Source: Lachnospiraceae bacterium (lineage in GTDB: Bacteria; Bacillota; Clostridia; Lachnospirales; Lachnospiraceae). Taken from it: DNA of 64,000 nt. The notes below the pieces were generated by a model. It was not told the DNA's origin, ran no database searches, and was given only the letters and a program-made list of their open reading frames with translations. This document shows, one piece after another, positions 39,501 through 50,020 of this stretch. Every line of letters begins with the position of its first letter. Position 1 is the stretch's first letter. Location: assembly GCA_009779895.1 (NCBI GenBank), contig WRBB01000016.1, forward strand, positions 2,363-66,362. The letters are read 5' to 3'. The position numbers were made by a program, and so were the translations under genes.

Positions 39501-40980
39501 CTGTCAATTTGGTAATCTCATAAGGAATCGGCCGCTTGGGATTCACATAAGTACTAAAAGAATCCACGATTTCTCCATTCACAATTTTTAGAGCCCCAAT
39601 TTCTATAATTTTATCTTTGATTGGGCTGAAGCCCGTAGTCTCAATATCAAAGACCACGTACGTATCATCTAAGGTTTGGTCCGTGGCAGAGACGGCTATC
39701 TCCGTCAAGTCATCTACCACATATCCCTCCACGCCATAAATCACTTTAAAAGGGTCATCTTTCTTTAAGCTCCGTAAAAAATTATTGGCATCCGGAAAAG
39801 CCTGTACCACCCCATGGTCGGTAATGGCAATGGCAGGATGCCCCCATTCATGTGCCCGTTGAATCAAAGCCTTGACTTCCGCTACACCATCCATATCACT
39901 CATCTTTGAATGACAATGCAATTCTACCCGTTTCTTTGAGGCTAAATCCTGTCGCTTCTTACGAAAATCAGGTATTGTTTTTATCCCATGAATCGAAGCA
40001 AGTTGTAATTCACTATCATAATTGTCAATGATCGTAACCCCTTTTATTTTAACAAAAGCATCCTGCTTTAATTCCGCCAATACCTCCGGCAACTGTGCAT
40101 TGTAAATAAACATTTTTATCACAATAGAATCGGTAAAATCTGTAATACGAAAAATAATAATGGTTCTTTCATTGCGAATTTCTTTTGTTTCCAATTTCAA
40201 TATTTGACCGCGCACGGTAATGATACCCATTTCCGATACAACTTGCTCTAAAGGAATCGCCGCATCATCAAAATTTCGCCCATAAAAAAGATTGGGATCA
40301 CTGCCCTGTCTGGGCGATTTTGATTTAAAAGAACCTTTTGCAGAAGAATTTCTTTTCTTCACTTGAGGCTTTTGTATGATTACCTCATGGATTGCTTCAT
40401 GAGTTGTTTTATGGATTTGCTCCGGCTGCGCCGCATTTTCTTCATGTGCCTTTTTTTCTTTTCTTGTTACATAAACAAACTGCACCTGCACTGCCATCTG
40501 AAAGCGTTGCACAAAAATATCCTGCAACAGATTTTGAATATCCTTTTCTTTGCTGCGGGATATAATGGAATCTTCCAGCTCCAGTACAAGAACATCATTC
40601 TCCTCATAGCGCAATTTGGCTGCAGAAAATATATTGGAGGTTAACACACTCAAACAACGTAATTCAAACAGAATACTCTCTCGATATGCATAGACTAAAT
40701 GTTTTAAATCAAACTGCTTGGACAATTGATATTTTTCTTTGATTTTAATTTCAATGCCTTGATAGGCAAACAATTGCTCTTTGATTTTCTGTTCCATCTG
40801 ATGAACCGTCTGCTTATCAATCAAATGGGTGCTAAAAATATGAACGTGCAAAAAATCACGACTTTGATTCGTGGAAATTTGACTAATTTGAACTTCTTGA
40901 AACAATAGATTTATTTTTTCATTTACTTTTAAGGTGGGAAACACCTCAAAAAATCCTTTATAATTTTTTATTTGTTCCAA
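36541..40980 (-). CDS. polC: DNA polymerase III alpha subunit, PolC type
   Basis: 1,479 aa. PHP domain split by a 3'-5' exonuclease (VVFDIETTG). Polymerase core and C-terminal HhH. Confidence 0.97.
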   Translation of the reverse strand: MEQIKNYKGFFEVFPTLKVNEKINLLFQEVQISQISTNQSRDFLHVHIFSTHLIDKQTVHQMEQKIKEQLFAYQGIEIKIKEKYQLSKQFDLKHLVYAYRESILFELRCLSVLTSNIFSAAKLRYEENDVLVLELEDSIISRSKEKDIQNLLQDIFVQRFQMAVQVQFVYVTRKEKKAHEENAAQPEQIHKTTHEAIHEVIIQKPQVKKRNSSAKGSFKSKSPRQGSDPNLFYGRNFDDAAIPLEQVVSEMGIITVRGQILKLETKEIRNERTIIIFRITDFTDSIVIKMFIYNAQLPEVLAELKQDAFVKIKGVTIIDNYDSELQLASIHGIKTIPDFRKKRQDLASKKRVELHCHSKMSDMDGVAEVKALIQRAHEWGHPAIAITDHGVVQAFPDANNFLRSLKKDDPFKVIYGVEGYVVDDLTEIAVSATDQTLDDTYVVFDIETTGFSPIKDKIIEIGALKIVNGEIVDSFSTYVNPKRPIPYEITKLTGISDEMVLEADGIETVLPRFLEFVKESVLVAHNAGFDVRFIEQNCRYQDIVPDFISVDTVALARVLLPTLSRFKLNTVAKALHIPLLNHHRAVDDAKATAEIFLKFVEMLKDRGISTLKGMNQFGAMNPHGIRKMPSHHIIILAKNDIGKLNLYQLISKSHVTYFGRVPRIPKSELVKHREGLIVGSACENGELYQAILQESPVEEIARLADFYDYYEIQPLGNNQFMIEEDRYSEIHSQDDLIAVNKKIVALGEQFKKPVVATCDVHFLEPEDAIYRSIIMAGKGFSDADRQPPLYLRTTEEMLEEFLYLGSAKAQEVVIDNPQKIADCIEKISPISQEKCVPSIENSDAELREICYKRAYEIYGINLPQIVKERLERELNSIISNGYAVMYIIAQKLVWESNDKGYLVGSRGSVGSSFAATMAGITEVNPLSPHYYCVKCHYSDFESPEVRRFAGGCGFDMPDKVCPDCKAVLQKAGFDIPFETFLGFEGDKEPDIDLNFSGDYQAKAHQHTERLFGKGYTFKAGTIGTLADKTAYGFVKKYYDERSIRKRNCEIDRLVSHCTGVRRSTGQHPGGIIVLPHGYDINEFTPIQRPANDNESEIITTHFDYHSIDHNLLKLDILGHDDPTIIRTLEEYISSDALDNEFHEKNPFDATTIPLDDKDVLSLFHSTDALGIKPVDIDGCRLGCLGVPEFGTGFVIKMVEDAKPQSLSDLIRISGLSHGTDVWLNNAQEIIQSGQATLSTCICTRDDIMVYLIHQGMDSALAFTIMESVRKGKGLKLEWEVAMKTHDVPDWYIWSCKQIKYMFPKAHAAAYVMMAYRIAYCKIHYPLAYYAAYFGIRAKAFSYKIMCQGKEKLDYFYKDYKKRDGLKQLTKVEEETLKDMRVVQEMYARGLEFTPVDIYRAKAKRFLIIDGKLMPSLSKIEGLGDKAADVVELAAKDGKYLSIDDFRQRTKVSKTTIELMEELGLFGDLPKSNQLSLFDL

Positions 40981-42029
40981 TGACCCAACTCCTGTTTTAA
41001 TGCATTTAACAACTCTGCTTCAGGGACTTTTTTTATAATCTCTCCTTTTTTAAATAACAACCCTTCTCCAACGCCGCCTGCAATGCCGATATCCGCTTCT
41101 CTTGCTTCGCCCGGTCCATTGACCACACAACCCATCACTGCCACCTTAATATCATAAGGCATTTCAGCCACTAAGGTTTCTACTGCATTTGCAAGTTGAA
41201 TCAAGTCAATCTGCGTTCGACCACAAGTAGGACAAGAAACTACCTCCACACCACCTTTTCTAAGACCCAAGGTTTTTAGAATCAAAATCCCCGTCTTAAT
41301 CTCCGCTACAGGGTCGCCTGTCAAAGAAACCCGGATGGTATTACCAATGCCCTCATTTAAAATAATGCCCAACCCCACAGAGGACTTAATATTACCCCCA
41401 TACAATGTACCGGCCTCTGTAATGCCCACATGCAAAGGATAGGGACATCGCGTAGCAATCAGACGGTGTGCCGCCACACACGTCAGCACATCCGAAGATT
41501 TGATGCTCACCGCCATGTTGTCAAACCCAAGCTCTTCCATCAAATGCACTTTATTCATAGCACTTTCTACAATACCCTCTGCTGTCACAGAACCATATTT
41601 TTCTAAAATATGCTTTTCCAAAGAACCACCATTCACCCCAACACGAATGGGCACATCATATTTCTTGGCCGTTTCAATCACAGCTTTGATTTTATCCGCA
41701 GAACCGATATTACCCGGATTGATCCTAATTTTATCCACTCCGTGTTCCATGGCTGCTATAGCCAAACGATAATCAAAATGAATATCTGCCACCAAAGGAA
41801 TGTGGATTTGCTTTTTTACCTCTCGCAAAGCCCTGGCCGCCTCCAACGTAGGAACCGCACAACGAATCACCTGGCAACCCGCTTGCTCTAAAGCATGAAT
41901 CTGGGCAACCGTGGCTTTTACATCCTCCGTTTTGGTATTGGTCATGGATTGAACCACAATCGGATGCGCACCACCTATGTACACATCACCCACCCGAATC
42001 ACTCTTGTTTTATTTCTAGGATTGCCCAT
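40968..42029 (-). CDS. ispG: 4-hydroxy-3-methylbut-2-enyl diphosphate synthase (flavodoxin)
   Basis: Preferred start is ATG 42029 (MGNPRNKTRVIRVGDVYIGG); the track ORF's 34-aa extension overlaps hisC. C-terminal CPTCGR Fe-S motif. Confidence 0.9.
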   Translation of the reverse strand: MGNPRNKTRVIRVGDVYIGGAHPIVVQSMTNTKTEDVKATVAQIHALEQAGCQVIRCAVPTLEAARALREVKKQIHIPLVADIHFDYRLAIAAMEHGVDKIRINPGNIGSADKIKAVIETAKKYDVPIRVGVNGGSLEKHILEKYGSVTAEGIVESAMNKVHLMEELGFDNMAVSIKSSDVLTCVAAHRLIATRCPYPLHVGITEAGTLYGGNIKSSVGLGIILNEGIGNTIRVSLTGDPVAEIKTGILILKTLGLRKGGVEVVSCPTCGRTQIDLIQLANAVETLVAEMPYDIKVAVMGCVVNGPGEAREADIGIAGGVGEGLLFKKGEIIKKVPEAELLNALKQELGHWNK

Positions 42030-43083
42030 ACTGCGCCTCCAATGTTTGCAACAAAACTTCCATCTCTTCCCTTGTGCCAATACTAATCCGCAAATACGCA
42101 CAAATTCGGTCGGCAGACCAATGACGCACAAATATTTTTTCTTTTTTTAACGCCTGAAAAATAGACGCTGCCGAATCATGGGGGTGAGTCACAAATACAA
42201 AATTGGCTTTGCTCTCTGTCATCTCAAAGCCCAGTTTCTTTAATTCCTTTTGAAACCACTCTCTGGTTTCAACCACCTTATTTATTGTTTCACGGAAATA
42301 CAACTCATCTTGTACCGCCGCCACAGCACAAACCTGGGAAGTTACATTCATGGTATAAGAATTAAAGGAATGTTTCACATCATTTAAATAAGCAATCAAC
42401 GTAGCATTTGCCATAGCATAACCAATACGCATACCTGCCATAGAACGGGATTTGGAAAATGTTTGTACCACGATCAAATTGTCATATTGGCGGATAAGCT
42501 CAACCGCTGAAATACCTGCAAAATCTATATACGCTTCATCCACAATCACAATGACATCCGGATTTCTATCTAAAATATCCCTTACAAAATCTAAATCTTC
42601 ATAAATACCGGTGGGTGCATTGGGATTGGGGAAAATAATCCCCCCATTTGAGTGATAATAATCCTCCCGTTTGATTTTAAAATCATCATCCAAAGTCGGC
42701 GAAACATAAGCCACACCAAATAATTCTGCCCATACCTTATAAAAAGAATACGTAATATCAGGAAATAAAATTGGCTTTTTGGAATTAAAAAAAGTCATAA
42801 AACACATCGCTAATACATCATCCGAACCAACCCCTACAAAAACTTGTTCTTCCTCTATTCCATGATAATCTGCCAAAACTTTTGTCAACTGTACCGATTC
42901 CGGGTCCGGATACAAACAAAACCGCCCCGCATCCATCTCTTTTAGTACTTTTTGCACACCGGGCGCAGGCGGATAAGGATTTTCATTGGTATTTAATTTC
43001 ATCACCTTTTCTTGGGGTTGCTCACCCGCTACATAGGGAACGACTTGGCGAATATTTTTTAATAAATTGGGATTCAAAGCCAT
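42016..43083 (-). CDS. hisC: Histidinol-phosphate aminotransferase
   Basis: 355 aa. LNTNENPYPP motif and FSKSRSMAGMRIGY PLP-lysine region. Confidence 0.85.
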   Translation of the reverse strand: MALNPNLLKNIRQVVPYVAGEQPQEKVMKLNTNENPYPPAPGVQKVLKEMDAGRFCLYPDPESVQLTKVLADYHGIEEEQVFVGVGSDDVLAMCFMTFFNSKKPILFPDITYSFYKVWAELFGVAYVSPTLDDDFKIKREDYYHSNGGIIFPNPNAPTGIYEDLDFVRDILDRNPDVIVIVDEAYIDFAGISAVELIRQYDNLIVVQTFSKSRSMAGMRIGYAMANATLIAYLNDVKHSFNSYTMNVTSQVCAVAAVQDELYFRETINKVVETREWFQKELKKLGFEMTESKANFVFVTHPHDSAASIFQALKKEKIFVRHWSADRICAYLRISIGTREEMEVLLQTLEAQYGQS

Positions 43084-43084
43084 C

Positions 43085-44278
43085 TTATATTTTCTCCTCT
43101 ACATTTACCAGTTTTGCAAAAACAGGCAAAGCATTGACAATGGTTTCATATGCCACACAATAAGCCACCCGAAAATAACCCGGACAAGCAAAAGCACTCC
43201 CCGGCACAATTAAAATATGAAACCGCTTTGCCATCTTACAAAAGGCAACATCATCTTCTATGGGAGCCTTTACAAACAAATAAAACGCCCCTTGGGGCTT
43301 GATACAAACAAAACCTAAGTCTTTTAAACCATGATACAGTGTTTCACGGTTACGGTTGTAATACGCAACATCAATGCTTGCATGTAAGCATTTTTTGATG
43401 ATTTTCTGCTGCAACGACGGTGCATTGACAAAACCTAATATCCGTGTTGCCACCTCTGCGCCTGCAAAAATCGCTGCAGAATCCTTGCAGCCATTTGGAA
43501 TCACCAAATAACCAATCCGCTCTCCCGGCAAAGAAAGGGATTTACTATAAGAATAAACCACAAGGGTATTTTGATAATAATGAGGCAAAAAAGGAACCGT
43601 AACACCATCATAAACCAATTCCCGATAAGGTTCATCCGAAATCAAATAGATATCAGTATCAAATGCTTGCTCTTTTTCTACTAATATTTCTGCTATTTTC
43701 TTTATTGTTTCCCTAGAATATACCACGCCTGTTGGGTTATTTGGTGTATTGATAATCACAGCTTTGGTACGTTTGCTGATTCTTTTTGCAAACGCAAGTA
43801 AATCCGGCTGGAAATCTGAAATATGCGGCGAAACCTCTACCAATATCCCGTCATAATTTGCTACATAATTGCGATATTCTCCAAAAAAAGGAACAAAGAC
43901 AATCACTTCATCCCCCGGATCAAGCAATGTCTTTAAAATCACATTTAAACCACCGGCAGCACCGACGGTCATCACAATATTTTGTTCCGAAAAATCCGTT
44001 TTAAAACGTTCGTTCAAATTCTCCGCAATTGCCTGTCGCACATCAGCATGACCTGCATTACTTTTATTATAACCATGTAAAGCAAGACTATCTTCCGAAT
44101 CCAGGATTTCAACAATCGCCTCATTTACTTGGTTTGGTACAGCCACATTGGGATTGCCCAAACTAAAATCAAACACATTTTTTTTCCCGTACAACTCACG
44201 TAGCCGATTGCCCTCGGTGAACATCGCACGGATGGCAGAACTGCCCGCTACCAATTTTTGCATTTTTTGAGAAATCAT
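43085..44278 (-). CDS. Class I/II PLP-dependent aminotransferase (aspartate/alanine family)
   Basis: 397 aa. NPNNPTG-like INTPNNPTG and SYSKSLSLPGERIGY PLP-lysine motif. Confidence 0.85.
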   Translation of the reverse strand: MISQKMQKLVAGSSAIRAMFTEGNRLRELYGKKNVFDFSLGNPNVAVPNQVNEAIVEILDSEDSLALHGYNKSNAGHADVRQAIAENLNERFKTDFSEQNIVMTVGAAGGLNVILKTLLDPGDEVIVFVPFFGEYRNYVANYDGILVEVSPHISDFQPDLLAFAKRISKRTKAVIINTPNNPTGVVYSRETIKKIAEILVEKEQAFDTDIYLISDEPYRELVYDGVTVPFLPHYYQNTLVVYSYSKSLSLPGERIGYLVIPNGCKDSAAIFAGAEVATRILGFVNAPSLQQKIIKKCLHASIDVAYYNRNRETLYHGLKDLGFVCIKPQGAFYLFVKAPIEDDVAFCKMAKRFHILIVPGSAFACPGYFRVAYCVAYETIVNALPVFAKLVNVEEKI

Positions 44279-44289
44279 TTCATCACCTC

Positions 44290-45195
44290 TCAGGCATCTT
44301 TCTTGCGTAAAATACCCTTTTCTACCAAAAACACAGGACGATATGACAACTTCGCTTTTCGTAAGCCCTCGGAACCCAAATCCTCTTCCCGATTAATATA
44401 CCGGTAATCCATACATTCATTTAACACAAACTGCTGATTGATCATAGGATAAGCACCATCTACCGCAGTAAAAGCCTTTTCAATATGGACACAAAACATC
44501 TCTGCATTGACAGGTTCTCCCATTGTAATGGCTACAATTTCACCACCCACACGGAGCAAACCACCTTTTAAACCCAACTCATTGTGCAACCGCAAAGAAT
44601 TTAAGGTAACACACATCTCTGCATTTTTTTCTTCATTTTCATCACAACCATTCAAAGAACGCCACTTTAACGCCATCTGAAAACATTCTTCCAGGTTCCC
44701 ATCTGTAATGGTTTCATAAACCCAATCCCGGTTGATATTTTTGAATTTATTAATATGATTTCGTTTGCTATGTAATTTTTTGCCCGAAAGAGTGGCCAAT
44801 TTTTCTCTTTCATAAACATAATCCGCTTCATCCCGATCATAAGTAATCTCATATTGATTTGGATACCAACGGTCAATCATCGCAAATTCTTCTTCCAATA
44901 CATTAAAAAAATGAATCTCTCTTTTTTCTGCCTCAAAATATTGAATCATTTTGTCAAAGGCTTTCTTCACATTTTCTTCTTTTCCAATGGGAATGGAAAA
45001 ACGGGAACGCTCTTCTTTATCCGAACAAAAAACCAAAGCATCTTCTATCATTCCATACCTTACTTTATAATCTCTCGACCACAACAAAGCATTGGCAAAG
45101 GTTCGCTCACAAGCGTTCCTCTCCGGATTTGCAAAGTATGACTTAATAATCTGCCGGTCTTCTACCTCTGGTTTCTTAAATGCTGAATCAATCAT
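44290..45195 (-). CDS. DUF2156-like protein (related to the C-terminal domain of phosphatidylglycerol lysyltransferase)
   Basis: Preferred start is MIDSAFKKPEV (45195), which clears the prfA stop at 45218. Family assignment is from memory of the LHSKRNHINKF-type motif, so it is tentative. Confidence 0.5.
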   Translation of the reverse strand: MIDSAFKKPEVEDRQIIKSYFANPERNACERTFANALLWSRDYKVRYGMIEDALVFCSDKEERSRFSIPIGKEENVKKAFDKMIQYFEAEKREIHFFNVLEEEFAMIDRWYPNQYEITYDRDEADYVYEREKLATLSGKKLHSKRNHINKFKNINRDWVYETITDGNLEECFQMALKWRSLNGCDENEEKNAEMCVTLNSLRLHNELGLKGGLLRVGGEIVAITMGEPVNAEMFCVHIEKAFTAVDGAYPMINQQFVLNECMDYRYINREEDLGSEGLRKAKLSYRPVFLVEKGILRKKDA

Positions 45196-45217
45196 TATCC
45201 TTCTCTCTTCAATTTTT

Positions 45218-46288
45218 TTATTCCTCAATGGAGGCCAGTTTTGCACTTTGATCCGCTGCAATCAAACTATCAATGATTTCGTCCAAATCACCATTCATCA
45301 CGGTATCCAGTTTATGTAAAGTTAACTTGATACGATGGTCTGTTACCCGGCCTTGGGGAAAGTTATACGTCCTAATTTTCTCGGATCTATCTCCTGTACC
45401 AACCTGACTTCTTCTAGCCTCTGCTTCTTCGCCCTGCTGCTTTTCCATCTCCAATTCAAACAAACGGGCACGCAACACCTTTAGTGCTTTGTCTTTGTTT
45501 TTTAATTGAGATTTTTCATCCTGACATGAAATCACAATACCTGTAGGAATGTGCGTCAAACGTACCGCTGAATCCGTGGTATTTACACTTTGTCCACCAT
45601 TACCCGAAGAACGGAACACATCAAACCTACAATCATTCATATCCAAGGCAACATCCACATCTTCTGCCTCGGGCATAATGGCCACCGTGATGGTAGAAGT
45701 ATGTATACGACCGCCACTTTCCGTAGCGGGAACCCGTTGCACCCGATGAACACCACTCTCATATTTCAAACGGGAATAAGCACCCTGACCTGAAATCATA
45801 AAAATACATTCTTTAAAACCCCCAATGCCGTTTTCATTCAACGAAATAAACTCCGTCTTCCAACGCCGCTCTTCCGCATAATGAACAAACATACGATAGA
45901 CTTCCGCTGCAAACAAAGCAGCTTCATCGCCGCCTGCTCCGGCTCGAATCTCCACAATTACATTTTTGTCATCATTGGGGTCTTTGGGCAATAAAAGGCG
46001 TTTCATCTCCTCTTCCAATTCAGCCATGCGGCTCTTGGATTCACTTAACTCTTCTTTTGCCAATTCTTTCAATTCTTCATCTGACTCTTCTTCCAGCATC
46101 ACCAAACTATCTTCTATGTTTTGCTTACAATCTTTATATGCTTGATACGCCTCTACAATGGGAGATAAATCGCTTTGCTCTTTCATCAACTTGCGAAACC
46201 GCTCCGGGTCGTTTGCCACGTCAGGCTCTTGCAACTCCCCCATGATTTCCTCATAACGAATGATGATATCTTCTAAACGGTCAAACAT
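45218..46288 (-). CDS. prfA: Peptide chain release factor 1
   Basis: 356 aa. PAT tripeptide (RVPATES) and GGQ motif (SGNGGQSVN). Confidence 0.96.
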   Translation of the reverse strand: MFDRLEDIIIRYEEIMGELQEPDVANDPERFRKLMKEQSDLSPIVEAYQAYKDCKQNIEDSLVMLEEESDEELKELAKEELSESKSRMAELEEEMKRLLLPKDPNDDKNVIVEIRAGAGGDEAALFAAEVYRMFVHYAEERRWKTEFISLNENGIGGFKECIFMISGQGAYSRLKYESGVHRVQRVPATESGGRIHTSTITVAIMPEAEDVDVALDMNDCRFDVFRSSGNGGQSVNTTDSAVRLTHIPTGIVISCQDEKSQLKNKDKALKVLRARLFELEMEKQQGEEAEARRSQVGTGDRSEKIRTYNFPQGRVTDHRIKLTLHKLDTVMNGDLDEIIDSLIAADQSAKLASIEE

Positions 46289-47157
46289 CTTTCACTGTCC
46301 TTTCTTCCTAAAACCACACGGTCTCGTCCTGCTAAATCTTTTATCACTTCTATCTTGCCAAAACCGGCCTCTTTCATAAACTGTTTTACCGCAATTCCCT
46401 GCTCGGAACCAATTTCAAAAATCAAATAACCACCCGGCTCCAAATACACAAAACTCTGCTTTACAATCTTACGATAGAAAAACAAACCATCTGCTTTTCC
46501 ATCCAATGCCAACATGGGATCATGTTCCCGTACTTCCACAGATAAACTTTCTATCTCAGCTGTTTTAATATATGGGGGATTGGAAACAATCATTTGATAT
46601 GTATCTTGCATCTGTTCAAACAAATCACTTTGTATCAAATCAACTTTTATTCCCAGAGATTCCTTATTTTGGCGGGCAACCTCCAAGGCTTTTTCTGAAA
46701 TATCCACACCCACACCTAAAACAAAATCCTTTTGCACATAATGCAAAATACTCAAAATCACACAAGCGGAACCCGTACACATATCCAAAATACGAAAAGG
46801 TTTGTTATTGTCATAAGAATGCAATGTCTCTTTCACAATCCCCAGAGCCGTTTCTACCAAAACTTCTGTATCCTGTCTTGGAATCAATACATGAGGGCTT
46901 ACCTGAAAAGTCAAACCCATAAATGCCTGCACACCCAACAAATGTTGCAAGGGAATGCCTTTTGCACGTTTACAAATCAAACCCTGATAGACTTTTTGTT
47001 TTTGATCCCCCAACTCTTGATTTTCATGTAAATAATACTGTGCTCTGCTTTTTCCGCTGACATGCTCTAATAAATAAAATGCATCCAAATGATACGCTTC
47101 ATTGCCAACTGCCTTTAATGCAGCTTGCCCATATTGATAAGCCTCCTTTAAGGTCAT
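46273..47157 (-). CDS. prmC: Release factor glutamine N5-methyltransferase
   Basis: NPPY motif (VSNPPYI) and SAM-binding DMCTGSA. Preferred start is ATG 47157 (MTLKEAYQ), overlapping the upstream stop by 1 nt (TGATG). Confidence 0.9.
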   Translation of the reverse strand: MTLKEAYQYGQAALKAVGNEAYHLDAFYLLEHVSGKSRAQYYLHENQELGDQKQKVYQGLICKRAKGIPLQHLLGVQAFMGLTFQVSPHVLIPRQDTEVLVETALGIVKETLHSYDNNKPFRILDMCTGSACVILSILHYVQKDFVLGVGVDISEKALEVARQNKESLGIKVDLIQSDLFEQMQDTYQMIVSNPPYIKTAEIESLSVEVREHDPMLALDGKADGLFFYRKIVKQSFVYLEPGGYLIFEIGSEQGIAVKQFMKEAGFGKIEVIKDLAGRDRVVLGRKDSERCLTV

Positions 47158-48080
47158 CAAGCCGCATCCTCTTCCTTGGCTTGAAACGCTTTCCAATCAA
47201 ATATTGCCTCAACAGCCTCAATAGCTACTTCAATCATATCATCTTCCGGTTCTTTGGTTGTCAAATGTTGCATCCATAATCCCGGCTTACTTAAAATGCC
47301 GATAATTATATTATTTGTTTTACCCGCCAGTCTGATAATCTCATAAGAAACCCCGGCAATCAATGGCAGCAATGCCAAACGAAATACCACACGCAATACC
47401 TGACTGTCTACCGTAATAAAAAAACTAAACACAATACTCACTACCATTACAAAAAACAAAAAACTGGTACCACAACGCTTGTGCTCCTTGGAGCAACCTT
47501 TTACATTTTCCACAGTCAAAGGCAAACCGTGTTCAATACAATTGATACACTTATGCTCCGCACCGTGATACATAAAGGTGCGCTGAATATCTTTCAAACG
47601 TGAAATCAGCAAGATATAAGCGAAAAAAATACCAATGCGAATCAGACCCTCTATCGTAACCAATAACATCCGAGAGGAAATTTGATCACGAAAAAAACCA
47701 CTGATGAAAAATGGCAATACAAAAAAAATACCAATCGCCAAAATCACACCCACTACCATAAAAGCCGCTTGAATCATCGACTCTCGCTTTTCGTTTTTCT
47801 CTGTTTTTTTCGCCTGATCCGCCTCCGTCTCTTCATCCTCATAAAAACTTGCTGAAAAAGACAAAATTTTCAAACCCAAAACCAAAGAATCTACAAAAGC
47901 AAACATACCACGGACAAATGGCACCTTGCTCAATCCCTTAAAAGGCATCACACTTTTAAACTCTTGTACATCAATTTCAATCTCTTGATTTGGTTTACGA
48001 ACCGCAACCGCATACTTGTCTTGGTTTCTCATCATAATGCCCTCAATCACTGCCTGGCCACCGATGTTTGATGATTTCAT
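47157..48080 (-). CDS. DUF1385 (YqhQ-like) membrane protein
   Basis: Preferred start is ATG 48080 (MKSSNIGGQAVIEGIMMRN, GAGGA about 9 nt upstream). HGAEHK motif and several TM helices. Confidence 0.8.
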   Translation of the reverse strand: MKSSNIGGQAVIEGIMMRNQDKYAVAVRKPNQEIEIDVQEFKSVMPFKGLSKVPFVRGMFAFVDSLVLGLKILSFSASFYEDEETEADQAKKTEKNEKRESMIQAAFMVVGVILAIGIFFVLPFFISGFFRDQISSRMLLVTIEGLIRIGIFFAYILLISRLKDIQRTFMYHGAEHKCINCIEHGLPLTVENVKGCSKEHKRCGTSFLFFVMVVSIVFSFFITVDSQVLRVVFRLALLPLIAGVSYEIIRLAGKTNNIIIGILSKPGLWMQHLTTKEPEDDMIEVAIEAVEAIFDWKAFQAKEEDAA

Positions 48081-48107
48081 ATATAATTTCCTCATTTCCG
48101 ACAAAGT

Positions 48108-48144
48108 AAAAAAATGCAGACTGAGATAGAAACCTCGGCCTGCA
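48108..48144 (-). terminator. Rho-independent terminator after rpmE
   Basis: Minus strand reads TGCAGGCCGAGG-tttctat-CTCAGTCTGCA followed by TTTTTTT. The stem is 11 bp with one mismatch and one G-U pair. Confidence 0.7.
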
Positions 48145-48157
48145 TGCACTATGATTC

Positions 48158-48355
48158 TTAGATACCGTATTTCTTGTTAAACTTGTCAACACGACCACGC
48201 GCCTGATTTGCTTTTTGCTGGCCTGTGTAGAACGGATGGCACTTGGAACAAATTTCTACGTGAATTTTTTCATTTGTTGAACCCGTAACAAAAGTATTCC
48301 CACAGTTACAGTTTACAGTTGCTTGTCTGTATTCAGGATGGATCCCTGCTTTCAT
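48158..48355 (-). CDS. rpmE: 50S ribosomal protein L31
   Basis: Preferred start is ATG 48355 ([22 protein letters not shown]..., 65 aa, GAGGTG RBS). CxC...[10 protein letters not shown] zinc motif. Confidence 0.93.
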   Translation of the reverse strand: MKAGIHPEYRQATVNCNCGNTFVTGSTNEKIHVEICSKCHPFYTGQQKANQARGRVDKFNKKYGI

Positions 48356-48422
48356 GATATCACCTCTTTTTATTTTCATACTATCTCTTATTTTCATTTT
48401 ATGCTCTTTGAACAGCCCTATT

Positions 48423-48451
48423 ATTATAACATAGCAATAAAGCCTTTGCAA
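48423..48451 (-). promoter_or_regulatory. rpmE promoter
   Basis: Minus strand reads TTGCAA (48446-48451), a 17-nt spacer, then TATAAT (48423-48428). Confidence 0.6.
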
Positions 48452-48457
48452 TACTTG

Positions 48458-49807
48458 TTAAATATATTTTTGTTTCAAAACCTGATGTACCAACTCGGCA
48501 TTGCTTTTGCTTCTGGCAAACATATTAATCAAGTTGTCTACTGCCTCATCCGCTTTCATACCATTCATCGCTTTGCGAATGATGTAGTTTGCCTCCTGCT
48601 CCCCGCGCGTCAGTAATAAATCCTCACGCCTTGTGCCGGTCTTTGGTATATCAATGGCAGGAAAGATACGCTTTTCTTGTAGTTTGCGATCCAGAACCAG
48701 TTCCATGTTGCCTGTACCCTTAAACTCTTCATAAACCACATCATCCATCTTGCTTCCTGTTTCCACAAGTGCCGTAGCCAATATGGTCAAGCTGCCACCC
48801 TCACGCATGTTACGCGCTGCACCAAAGAAGCGCTTTGGCATATGCAATGCCGCCGGATCAAGACCGCCCGAAAGTGTCCTGCCTGACGGTGGAACAGTCA
48901 AGTTATATGCACGGGATAATCTGGTAATACTATCTAATAAAATCATCACGTCCTTACCATGCTCAACCAGTCTCTTACCTCTTTCAATCACCATCTCAGA
49001 AACACGCTTATGGTGCTCGGGCAATTCATCAAAGGTTGAATAAATAACCTCTACATTTGGCCCCTCAATGGCTTCTTTGATATCTGTCACTTCCTCAGGA
49101 CGCTCATCAATCAATAAAATCAAAAGATGAATCTTGGGATACTGTTTTTTAATCGAAAGTGCTGTTTCTTTTAAAAGGGTTGTTTTTCCTGCTTTTGGCG
49201 GAGAAACAATCATACCACGTTGCCCTTTTCCAATGGGTGATAATAAATCTACCACACGCATGGCAGTGGAACAACCCGGTGTTTCCAAAACCAAACGCTG
49301 ATTTGGGAAAATCGGTGTCAAATTTTCAAAATGAGGTCTTCCTACGGTATCAGAGGGACGCAATCCATTCACCGTGGACACAAATAGCAAAGCACTAAAC
49401 TTTTCTGATTGGGTTTTGATACGTGTATTGCCTGAAATAATATCTCCTGTTTTCAAGCCAAAGCGTCGTATCTGTGATGGTGATACATACACATCATTTT
49501 CTCCCGGCATATAATTGTCACTACGGATAAAGCCGTACCCATCCGGCATAACCTCTAAAATGCCATGAGCCAATTTACCACTATCCAATGACTCAATATC
49601 TGTACCTTCATGTTTTTCTTTGAAACCCTCTTTGACCTCTTCTCTCGCCTTGTCGCTGGCCGATTTTTCTTCATCTTTTTCATCCTGCGCCAACATCGCA
49701 TCAATCAGCTCACTTTTCTTTAATGTGGAAACGCCCCTTAATTTTCTGGCCTTGGCAAGGTCTTTGATTGTTGCCAAAGGAAGTGTTTCATATTGTTCTC
49801 TGGTCAT
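48458..49807 (-). CDS. rho: Transcription termination factor Rho
   Basis: 449 aa. N-terminal SAP-like and acidic insert, RNA-binding domain. Walker A PPKAGKTT and RecA-type core. Confidence 0.96.
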   Translation of the reverse strand: MTREQYETLPLATIKDLAKARKLRGVSTLKKSELIDAMLAQDEKDEEKSASDKAREEVKEGFKEKHEGTDIESLDSGKLAHGILEVMPDGYGFIRSDNYMPGENDVYVSPSQIRRFGLKTGDIISGNTRIKTQSEKFSALLFVSTVNGLRPSDTVGRPHFENLTPIFPNQRLVLETPGCSTAMRVVDLLSPIGKGQRGMIVSPPKAGKTTLLKETALSIKKQYPKIHLLILLIDERPEEVTDIKEAIEGPNVEVIYSTFDELPEHHKRVSEMVIERGKRLVEHGKDVMILLDSITRLSRAYNLTVPPSGRTLSGGLDPAALHMPKRFFGAARNMREGGSLTILATALVETGSKMDDVVYEEFKGTGNMELVLDRKLQEKRIFPAIDIPKTGTRREDLLLTRGEQEANYIIRKAMNGMKADEAVDNLINMFARSKSNAELVHQVLKQKYI

Positions 49808-50020
49808 TTTAACCCCTTTCTAATCGTATTTTTTACATTTTTTTGCATTAATTATTCACTTATTAAATCAAACCTATGATTTATGCTCATGGGAACTCGC
49901 GTCTGAAACGACTACAGAATTTGATTTACTCCTGTTGTCGATTATACAACAATGTAGCCAAAATGAAAAGCCTTTTTAGAATCTCTAGTAAAGTTTTTCA
50001 AATAATGCTATGATGATACC

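Noticed and set aside
40968-48451. N-terminal extensions in track ORFs (ispG, DUF2156-like, prmC, DUF1385, rpmE; also Asp23, hydC, the GHKL gene and DUF4364) that create large gene overlaps.
   Set aside because: The extensions lack an RBS and overlap the preceding gene. Internal ATG/GTG/TTG starts with good Shine-Dalgarno spacing give canonical N-termini, so these are annotation artefacts rather than real overlapping genes.
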